In this document: piece by piece, positions 36,089 to 46,228 of the stretch
Numbering within the stretch: position 1 is the first letter of the stretch
How the letters are laid out: every line of letters begins with the position of its first letter
NCBI RefSeq assembly: GCF_000315625.1
Contig: NW_005434645.1
Location: 581,033-645,032, forward strand
Origin: Guillardia theta CCMP2712
Lineage: Eukaryota > Protista > Cryptophyta
Reading direction: 5' to 3'
Length of the DNA stretch: 64,000 nt
Translations under genes and position numbers: made by a program
Notes under the pieces: generated by a model
The model's input: the letters and a program-made list of their open reading frames with translations, nothing else
Databases searched by the model: none
Told to the model about the DNA's origin: nothing

Positions 36089-37648
36089 TCAAACGCCTTC
36101 AGTTTCCTCTTTGAAACAAGCTCTTGACAGCTCCAGCGCTGATGGCAGGATGATTTTATCGATCTTGTAGACTATTCCATTTTTCATTCTCTTGAACTTC
36201 AACCCTTCTTGACTGACTCCTATGGAAACGATGAGCAGCAAGTCCTCAAAAAACTTCACGATCACTCACCCAGTCTTCCAAATACGTCCTCCAATCGTAT
36301 TTTCTGTCCAGCAATAGAAGTGACCTTCAATCTGGAGTCAGGATGTTGATGGCATTGTCATACTGCTCACTTCCTCTCGTTGCGCGAGATCGTCAGGATC
36401 ATGAAGATCGTCACACACGTGCGATAGAACGAAGGAAACCCAACCATCAAACCCTGAGAACCCTGTTTGATTTCGACGTGCCACCATTCTCTCAACACCC
36501 CGACAAGCCATTGCAGAATCTTTGGGTGCAAAGATCGTCACATTTTCGCCACTTTCTATCATCTACAAAAGCATCATCAGCGTAACATTGCTCTGTGTGT
36601 TATCAAGTACCAGCCGTGCGGAGACAGCTTCCATTCCGTAAGCTTCCACATTGTTGAACAGGTCAGAAAGACAGGCGTCGAAGAGAGAAAGCTCCGGGTC
36701 CTTGCGGATAGCATCTCGAACATCTTGAGGAGGGTCCAGCATCGCATCGCTCACATCCCAGTCCAGCGGGGTCACCCCATTACAATTGAGGAGAGCAGAA
36801 AACGCGCCCACCGCCGCTGCGACCCAAGTGAAGAACAAGTTGTGGGGGTCCCACAGATATGCCGGAATAGCAAGGAAGAGAGATCCGGCCACGACCTTCC
36901 AGAAAAGCCGCATGCGGCCCTGATACAGGCTATGCTTGCTCAGCTGATACAGGCTATGCTTCCTCAGCTGATACAGGCTATGATTGCTCAGCTGATACAG
37001 GCTATGATTGCTCGGCCCTTATACAGTCTATGCTTGCTCGGCCCTTATACAGTCTATGCTTGCTCGGCCCTTATACAGGCTATGCTTGCTCGGCCCTTAT
37101 ACAGGCTATGCTTGCTCAGCCTTGATACAGTTTGTGCTGCAACCCTCTCTTGGCATTCAGTCCTGCGAGAACAGTCAAAATTATACTAGATAAGATTCGT
37201 ACTGAAAAAATTCGAGTAAGCAACCGTACACTCTCTTATCACTCTTCGACATCTCAAGATTTCTTATGGAAATCTGTAATTGCACCTATTTCGTTCATCT
37301 TGACCATGCCCTTAGCAGGTTAAAGCCAATGCGCTGAATATCATCATCCCTTGCAAGAACGCACCAAATCAAACAAAATCATTGTCTGCTTCCACTTCTG
37401 CTTTCAAACATCCCGATCGGACTTTCATATCGCAATGCTTCCTATTGAGAGTTCTACTTGACTTACACCATGATATGTGATCTTGCTACCAACATCAATT
37501 CCGCGCCGCTGGAATGGCCAGCAACTTTTCTCGAACAAGTTTGTCAATGCCAACAGCTTTGATGTTACCTACAGCTCACTCGCCTTCAGTCTTGTTTCTA
37601 CCCATCCAACTTCACGGTTTCCTCTTGCATTTCTTCTCCGTCCTTCAT
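36089..37648 (-). CDS. Fasciclin (FAS1) domain membrane-associated protein
   Basis: DPELSLFDACL, H1 VTIFAPKDSAM, VLSHV, H2 KNGIVYKIDKIILP; hydrophobic segments before the domain; 5' exons tentative. Confidence 0.8.
36920..37130. repeat. Intronic minisatellite: 4 x 24-nt plus 4 x 26-nt related units
   Basis: Units ctgatacaggctatgcttgctcag and cccttatacag(g/t)ctatgcttgctcgg, contiguous with no spacers. Confidence 0.9.
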
Positions 37649-37689
37649 ACCGCTCCGGTTGAAGGCACCATCAGTGCGCTGCGCAGGTA

Positions 37690-38110
37690 GCACTGCCCCC
37701 CCGGGCGCCCGGCGCCCGGGCCTTCTGAGCCTGCCAGTGGGGGGCCGGGGGGGGGGTTGCTCTCGGATGATGAGCGGGTGAGTCGGCCCGGGCCGCCCGG
37801 CTGAGTGCCACCGGGGCTCGCCGGGAACGGAACTGCTTGTAAGCCTTTCGCCCCCCGGGCCGAGCTCCGGAACTTCCGGCCGAACCGGGCCTATCACCGA
37901 GTCTCCGGGCGGCCCGGGCCGGCCCCGGTCGCATCACCGTGAGAGTCCGATTGTACAAGTGGGTTAAGTTAGACTCAGTCCGCCGGGGCGGCCAGGCTCC
38001 TCACTGGTCACTGTGCTCCTCCGAATCCGCCGGCTTGTCATGACTCAGTGAGTGCCAACTCAACCACACGGTTGAACGGCCGGGCCGGGCGGTTCAAGTC
38101 CGACGGTTCC
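37690..38110. promoter_or_regulatory. GC/CpG island in a divergent promoter
   Basis: CCGG/GGCC-dense with TGACTCAGTGA, between the FAS1 gene (-) and the plastid-protein gene (+). Confidence 0.5.
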
Positions 38111-38343
38111 CGCAGGAAGAATGATGGCCGACCGGAAGATTGTTCTGGTTCAAGTGGCCACCGAAGATGTTATAAAGGAGGAGTCACCACCACCCCACCA
38201 CCCCACCCAATAAATATCCACCCTGTTTTTTACTACCCCACCCACCTGAAAACCTTCCAAATAACCCTACCTCCCGAAGAAATCGAGTCCATACAACAGC
38301 GTTTCTGAGACCAGTACCCCCCCCTCCTGCGGTAAAGAGCATC

Positions 38344-39171
38344 ATGCTCGTTGTAGCCCTTGCGCTCCTTCCCTGTGCCATGGCCTTTGCCCCAGCGCCC
38401 CTATCGTCAACCTCTGTCTCAGCTCTCTCAGCTCTCTCTCCGCTCTCTCACAGCCTCTCCTCCCCCATCAGCCGGGGTCATGTTTCCCTCCGCTCCCCAT
38501 CTCGTCGCATGGCTGGGTTGACATGGGGCAAGGTAAAGCTTGCATGCACAGAAGGCAGCGGTGACAAGGAGCTGCAGATGAAGGTGGACAATGCAGCAGA
38601 AGAGAAAGTCCAGGAGACTGTGAAGGAGTTGAAAACAGAGGAGGTCAAGGAGGAGAAAAAGGAGAATCTCATGACCAAGGTCAAGGATGCTGGTGTAGCC
38701 GGACTTGTTGCGTACGCGATCTGGGAATTCATGTAAGTTCTTGTTTGCAAACATTTTCTTGTTCATGTTGGAATGTGTTCATCGGAATTGCTATTGGTTC
38801 TTCTTTTCGGCTGCCAGTTGACATTTTTCCTTAGCTTCTGGGCGATCAGTGTTCCAACAGCTATCTTTGCTTACCATCAAACTACCGGAGAGTGGCCCTC
38901 CTTTGACAACCCTGAGTCAACTGCCAAGGTGACATGACCTAACAGCTCCCACTTTCATATCTTACGCTCCTCCCCAGGTCTCTGCTGTCATCTTCGGCTT
39001 CCTCAACGTGGCTCGTGCGCTTGTTCCTGTTCGCATCGCCATCACTCTAGCTACCGCTCCTTTCGGTGAGTGCTCCCGATGAGGTTCCATGGCATGCGTC
39101 TCCTGACCTCCAACGCAGTTGACAAGTACATTATCAAACCTTTCAACTTGGGAAAGAAGGAGGAGAACTAG
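38344..39171 (+). CDS. Plastid-targeted small membrane protein (DUF1279/FAM210-like)
   Basis: Bipartite leader MLVVALALLPCAMA|FAP plus a Ser-rich transit peptide; KDAGVAGLVAYAIWEF..FWAISVP, ARALVPVRIAITLATAPFVDKYI. Confidence 0.75.
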
Positions 39172-39265
39172 GCTGTACAAGTAAATGAGAATTATTTATT
39201 CACATCGGGGAGTTGGAGCCTTGTAATCACAGGGCAAAGGATGGTAGGATAAGCATCAGCTCGCA

Positions 39266-42200
39266 TCATTGGACATCGATGTTGTCGAGATGAACTTCAA
39301 TCAGCTTCCCCCCGTCTAGCTCCACAACAACTCGCTCCGGGTCTTGCGACGAGGGAGCCATGAGGTATCCTTGCAGCCCGTTGTAAGAGAACGACTTGAG
39401 TCCTTTGAGCTTCACCCATGCTCTTGTATGAAACCCTGGCATGTTCGGGAGGTCCAACAGCGTCAGCTTGTCCAGGTTGTAGCTCACCGTCTCGCCACCG
39501 CAGCCCTCGTAGACTTCGAAGAGCGTGACCATAACATGCTTCATGAAGCTGTCATCCTCTCGTACAATGATTCCCTTGCGACCATACAGGTCCTCAACGA
39601 CTCTGTGCAGGGCAAACTTCGGTAGAAGGAAGCTGAGATTGTCATATCGTACACTCACTCGGCGATCGCTGTTGTTGAGGTGTATCACAACTCGATCAGG
39701 GTCAACAGGGTCCACGTCCTCAACAGTGCCAGTCAGGTTGTTCATTGATACATCCGCCAGCTTGTTCTTGGCTCCAAGAATCACTCTGCCACCTCGCTCC
39801 CATCCCCTTCTCATCACCACTTCCAGCTTTGCGAAGCGAACAGCTCCAAGCTTTCTGTCACTCTCCCACCTGACCAGAGCCCTGCCGGGATCCGACTCCA
39901 AGGTCCTGATGATGGTGCCTACCTGCTCTTCTCGCGTGCCATTGACTCCTCTAGCTCGCACTCGCATGCCAGGACGGAGCCCGGGAGGAAGCTGATAGTC
40001 GAGGTTGTGGTACCGCACTTCCATGTCTGATCCGTCGGCTAGCTTCACTACCACCCACTCCGGGTCTGACGGATTGGCTTCAACCACTCGAGCGTGCGCG
40101 CCGTTGAAGACGGACGCGTTCTTGAGTTGCCTGATCACCACCATTCGCCCGGGTTCAAGCCCCTCAGGCAGCATGAACTCTATCGCATCTGCCAGCCGCT
40201 CCCTGCTGCACACCAGCTCTTCTCGGTTGTCAAACTTGATTCTAGCCGTGTTTGTATGGTCGTCGTAAACAATCGTCCCTGTCTTCTCCTGCTCTCCGGG
40301 GCCCTGCGCCTTGCTCCTGCAGCGACTGGTCCTTTGGATGGTTTGACGCACGTCCTGCGCCTCGACTATCGCCCTCTTGTTCCACTCCATGCACGCCTTC
40401 CACTCCGCCACTCTCTGCTGCTGCTTCGCTCCCTGCTCCTCTGCCCAGCTCCCTGGAAGGATCTCCGAGGTCCGACGAGGCGCATCCTGCTGTGCTAGGG
40501 CTCTTTCTTGAAGGACGCTTAAGAGTAGCTCATGGAGGGAGAGCGTGTCCGGATGTGAAGGGCCGAGAGTCTTCTCGAAGACTGTCAGCGCCTGCCACAG
40601 CAGGTCCTTGCTCTCCTCCATCTCCCGCCTCGCTACCTTGACCTCTCCTATGCATCGCAACATCTGCGCGGTGCCAAGAGAGTCTTTGCCGGATTTAGAC
40701 ACGTTGTGCTGCAGGACAGACTGGAACTCTTGTAGAGCGAGGTGAAGGAGTGCCTGCGAGTCGGCGGCAGCTTTCCTGGTGGACATGTCGAAGAAGACAG
40801 CTCCCATGTTACGTCTGATCTGTATGATCTCGTCGTGGTGTGCTCCATAGAACATTCTCATGATGTTGAGAGCCAATTTCAGCTTCGAGAGCGCATGCTC
40901 CAAGTTGTCGAGGTGGTGATAGCAGGCCGCCATGCCCACGAGCGCTCTTGCTGTGTTGGGGTGCCGATCCCCGAACCTCTTGAGGGCATGCTTGAAGGCG
41001 TTGCTGAAGGAGAGCAGAGCTTCCATGCACTTGGAGGAGTCCAGCTTCGACCTGCCCTCGTTCATCATGTCGTTGAGAGCATTGTCCTCTGTGACAACAT
41101 ACTGCGAGATCAAGCGCATGCTCTTGTCTCCACTTGACTGTCCGTCAGGCTGCAGTGTGGGAGATGCGATCTCAAGGTTTCGAGTTACGAGATCTAACAG
41201 TTTGCTTCTCTCACCATTGACATTGCTTGGCTCATCCATGAACTCCTTCCACTTGGCGATCTGCTTGAAAATTCCTTCACTAGTCTCTCCCTCTCCATTC
41301 TTCAGACGGGCGATGGCAAGGTTGTTCAACACCTCAATGCAGCTCTCAACGTCGCGATGCTCCTGAAAGATCTTGAGCGCTTCTTGATACTCAAACATCG
41401 ATGACTGGAGCTGCCCGAGAGCTTCATAGTTCATACCCAACAAGTTGTGCAGCATCCCGACTCGCATGTCTTCTTTCCCTAAGTTGTACTCCACGATTCG
41501 CTTCGACTTGTCGAGCCAGTGGATGGAGTCATAGAACAGGCCGCACCTGTACCTGATCAAACCGACGTTGTAGTAGAGCTCGCCCACTGTACTCGCGTCT
41601 CTGGTCTCGTTCTTGGAGTAGAGGTCCAGGCAGTCTTGCAGCAGCCTCTCACACTCGGAGTACTTCTCTTGCTTCAACCTCATACGTGCAAGGCTCAACA
41701 GGATGAGCACCTCCCATGCTGTATCCTCCTGCTGCATTGCTTTGCACCAATGCAGCGACTGATATGCAAACTTGATGGACAACTCTAGAGAGTTCGTCTG
41801 TTGATGGGCGAGAGACATCTGGTATAGCGTGTCCAGGACGATCAAGTTTTCCTCGTGCATCATTCCGTTGAGAAAGGGGCATGAAATATCTGACACTTTA
41901 AAGTGATATTTGCCGCACGGAATCAGAAGCCCGTCGATTCTGATCTCCTTCTCAAGGGCAGTGAGTTTGATCTCCAGGTCATTCATCGTGATCTTGTTGC
42001 GATTTACATGCATCTCCACAAAGCAGCTCTCACTGTTCCAGTCCTTCATGTCGAACGACTCTGATCGAGTGAGGCTGCGGACGATCTCTAGGGTCCGGCT
42101 GTCGAAGCCTAACACGTTCTCGATGCCTTTCTGCAGCTTTTCAATCATGCTCGGGCTGTCAAGCTTCTGCAGGACTTTGGAGTCGAACTTGAGAGTGAGG

Positions 42201-45200
42201 GACAGGAACTTCTTGTCCGCAAACTTGTGTATGAGGGGTTCGAGGAAGTCTAGAGTGAACTGAAGCCTGCAACAGACGTCAGCTCGTCCTCCTCCACGCC
42301 TCTCTGAAACCTGTTGAGAGCCTCAGCGACCCTCCCGCTCCTCAGGAAACAGACGCCTAGGTAGTGCATCACATGCGAGCTTTCCCTCGTCTCCGACGCG
42401 CTGAGGGTCTGCAGCATCCGCAGGCATCGCTCCAGCAGCGCGCAAGCCTCGTCCGCGTCTCCCTTCCGCAGCAGGATCTCAGCTCTCTTGATCTGAGTGT
42501 GGAGAATCACAGGGTTGGACGCGTCCTTGCTGGAGCTCAGGTGGTTCAGCAGCCGCTCCGTCAACCCGAGAGCCTCGCCGTGATCCTGCAACTCCGACGA
42601 CAGATGCTCGGCACACGCCTCGATGACGTCAAGGTCAAACTCTGACGTGTCACTGACTAGCTGGAGCAGGTTTGAGGTCCAGTATCCCCTCTCCGGCTTG
42701 ACCTTAATTCTCCTCCCCTTCCTCTCCATGCAAGCAGCTCCCAGGTGGCTGAGAGCCTTCCGGGCATCCAGCTGGACCTGGGGCAGGAGAACTCGCAGGC
42801 AGTGCAGCACGAGGGGATGAAAGGCGACGGTCTGACGGTCTTGCATGGCAGCGAAGCCATGCTGCACAACGAGGTTCATTCTGCTGCGAGATCGGAGCTC
42901 CGGAGGAATCATGTCCATGTGGATGCGGTAGGGCCCCAGGTGCACACACAAGGCGAGGAAGTCAGGCATGAGCTTGTCCTGCAACTTCATCTCGCTCATG
43001 GCGTACCCAACGTGTGGCAGGAGGAGGTTGACGGCCTTGAGGTCCTGCGCCTCCAGCTCGTACATGTCGGGGGAGACTTGTGCCTCGACGCGCTTGAAGA
43101 GGCTGATCTTCTGAAGGTACCAAGACATGGGCACCCCAAGAATCCTGATACACGAGGACGCCAAGGCGAGGACGAGGGGGATGCGGTCAGCTGCTGAATC
43201 AAGAGCTTGACGTCAGCTGGGTTTTCGTCGCTGGCTTGATGGATGACAAGCTCTCGAGACTCGTCGTCAGTCATGAGGTCGAGGACCAGCAGGTTTTGAG
43301 AGGGAGCTGCTATGTCAAGTGGTCTGGTGGAAGAGACGACGGTGATGCCTGCCTGGCTTTGCGCGGGGATTCGAAACTCGTCAAACAGCCTGCGGTCTTG
43401 CAGGTCGTCCAAGACCACCAGCCATCCGTCGTTGGCCTCCAGCCACATGCGGAACCTCGCGGTCAAAGTTTGAAACGACCCCTTGGCGCCGACATGAATC
43501 TGAAGGTGCTGAGCGATGTCAAGCAGCGAGTGATACGCCTCCTTGTACGTCTTGGCTCGCAACCAAAAGACTGCCTTGACCTTGTTGCGGCGTATGAGCT
43601 CGTAGGAGAGGTGGCTCAGAGCTGAAGTCTTCCCGCAGCCGTCAGGTCCGCTCACCAAGATCAGCGAGTTTGACTGAGTCTGGATGCGAGCGAGGCAGTG
43701 TCTCAGCAAGTCTTGCCGATGCTTCGTCATCGCAGGCACCATCACGCTCCTCGCCACGTGGTGCTGAGATCCGGTGTAAGCCAGGAGCGGCAGCCCGCAC
43801 ATGTAGGGGAGGTTGTAGGCCTGATACAAGGCTGCCAAGTCCTCCTGCCCGTAATCGAGGTCGACGTTCTCAGACTCTTTCATCCAGAAGAAGAACTTGC
43901 TGGAGATGGACCAATGATCTAGATGCACGCTGCTGAAGCTCTCCTTGTTATCAACGCTCATCTTAAGTCTGTGTAGCATGTCCACAAGTTCGATCCCCTG
44001 CATCTCAAGCAAGGAGGAGAACGTCGGCAGGAAACAACATTCTTCTATGTCCTCCGTGGTACATCTCAACAGCAGGGTATTACTTACAGCGACTGAGCTT
44101 GCTTTCAAGTTGGAATATTCAAACTCCCGGGATGCTCCAAACAAGAAGCAGAGGGTTGGAGATGCGAAGAATCCGTTCTTGCTGGCTACTTCTTGCAGCA
44201 GCCATTCCACAGGCAGACAGGAGTCTTGGATGCTGCGGTAGCCTTCAAAGTTCAGCCTGTTGGCGAGCATGCCTTGCAAGTCGCTGTCGTGGGGCACGAG
44301 GAACACAGACTCGTTCACTTTCATCATGTTTCCAACCAAGAGGAGCAAACGAGCTCCTGTATGCTCCGTGTTGAAGTTCAGGTACTCTCGTAGAGCCTGC
44401 TCGCTGTCGTACTTGCTCGGGTTCACAAGCAAGCTTGTCTTCCACATGAGCGCTTCCAGCACTTCACACGCTCTTCTCCCTCTTGACACAAACTCACTCT
44501 CTATCGTGTCGAAAACGACCACCATTGCAGAATTTTTGCGCTGTTGCATTGCATGCTTTTCGACTTCCTTGAGTGGGAATGAAATTCCTTGCAGCATGTG
44601 ACATTCTTCGTTGAGAAACTTGCCCTCAACGAGCTCGAGCAGCTTGCTCAGAGCTGCTAGTGTCAGGCAGGGGCTGCAACTCTTGTCCAGCTGCTGTAGA
44701 CTCTTACCCTCCAAGTCAGAGCACTTGGGCTGACGGACACAGCTTCTATGCAACTCCCATGGCTGTTTCCACTTCCATGCCGAGCCCTTGATCTCACACA
44801 AGGATGAACTTGTCAAGTGCTTCTCCATCCTCGCCATCTTCTCTTGCATGGAGGCAAACTTGGGTATCGCTCCCATCTTGGAGGCCTTCAAGCTCGTCGT
44901 GATGACATGCAGGCACGTGGCAGAGAAGTGCCGTTGAAAGCGATGCCGAGCGAAGGGTTCGTCGAAGAGGAGGTAGATGACGGTGAAAGTGAAGTTATTC
45001 AGGTTCTTGTCTCGGGGCCTGTTTGAGTGCATGATCCACACCTCCATCATCGTCTTGGGCTCTGAGGAGCGAAGCGGCCAAGGAAACTCCACAACCGCGT
45101 AAGTCTGCATGGAGGAAGAGTCGTCGACCAGCAGCTTCTGCAGAAAGTCTCTGCTCTCCGTCTCTCTGTTGGAAGCAAACCCTGCGTTCCAGTGCGCAAG

Positions 45201-45613
45201 CTCCCGAGCGACTCGAACCTGCTCCCAGTCAAGAGCACTCCGCTTCCGCTCGGACCGGAGGTACACATGGAAGCCAACGCTGGGAGGAGCTGAGAGATGT
45301 GCCGATGCTGCCTCGGTGCATCTGCAGCTCGACCTGGAGGAGAGGAGAGTCAGCGGGGGGTCGCGCAGCTGGAAACTCACCTGCGCGAGACGTCTGCTTG
45401 CGTCCCCGTCTCGAACTCAGACCATTGCCCTTCATCCGGCTCTCCTTCTCGCCATGTTCCAGCGAACTTGATCCCCGTGTTGAAGAAGAACGTCCCTTGC
45501 CCGTGCGGGTATCCGTCCTTCCACTCCCCCCTGTAAATCCCTTGCTCGCTGCTCCCTTCCGCCCACCCGCTCCCAGGTCGCCGCTCACGACCCTCCAGCT
45601 TGAAGGTCGACAT
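39266..45613 (-). CDS. NLR-like STAND protein: MORN - TIR-like - pseudo-caspase - NB-ARC - winged helix - TPR - SH3-like repeats; 1-nt frameshift at ~43189
   Basis: MORN YRGEWKDGYPHGQG; Walker A GPDGCGKT; VFWLRA; Walker B WLVVLDDL; GLPL-equivalent RIPLVLALA; FHPLV; kinesin-light-chain-type TPRs (FGDRHPNTA, LGPSHPDT); introns at ~45335-45380 and ~42268-42311. Confidence 0.85.
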
Positions 45614-45859
45614 GCTCGACTGATCAGCGCTGCTCGCACCCCTGTCGTACTATCCGACTGCTCCTGATGACGATGATGATAAGGAGGAGGAGGAGGAGGA
45701 GGAGGAGGAGAATATCATTTCATCATATCAACTACACAAGGTGCGCTACTAGCTCTTCTACTTCAACCACACGTTCAAACCGCCGCCATCCCCGACAGAG
45801 TGATAGGGCCAGTGAGCTAGGGCAGCAACACATGTACCTTTTCCTTCCTCTCTGCCTTG

Positions 45860-46060
45860 CGCCGGGTCGTCCGAGCCAGCCAGGACCGTACGGTCACTAC
45901 TGTAAGGCCGGAGACGAAGCCCGGGCCGGGCGGCGCGGCCTGCCGCAGAGTCCGGGCCCGAGCCGCGGTCTCCGACCGGTGTCAGTGACCCGGCGTGATC
46001 CACTAGGGGCCCGGCGTGTGCCAACATACTCAGTGATTGCCGCGCCGGGAACTCCGGGCT
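45860..46060. promoter_or_regulatory. GC/CpG island in the divergent promoter of the NLR-like and Sushi genes
   Basis: Same word composition as the other islands. Confidence 0.5.
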
Positions 46061-46228
46061 CTCTGATAGTACGAACTTTGCAACAACGGGGTTCTGAGGC
46101 GGGTGCCTTCAAATTATTGTCGAAAGTTTGACAAGAGCGGTTGCCATGAGGCGAGGGGAGCTACGACCAGGAGGAGGGGAGCATGAAGCTCGACACAGGA
46201 TGCCTGGCTGAGAACCCGCAAGCTCTCC

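Noticed and set aside
36920-37130. CRISPR-like array
   Set aside because: The units are contiguous with no unique spacers, there are no cas genes, and the context is a eukaryotic intron.
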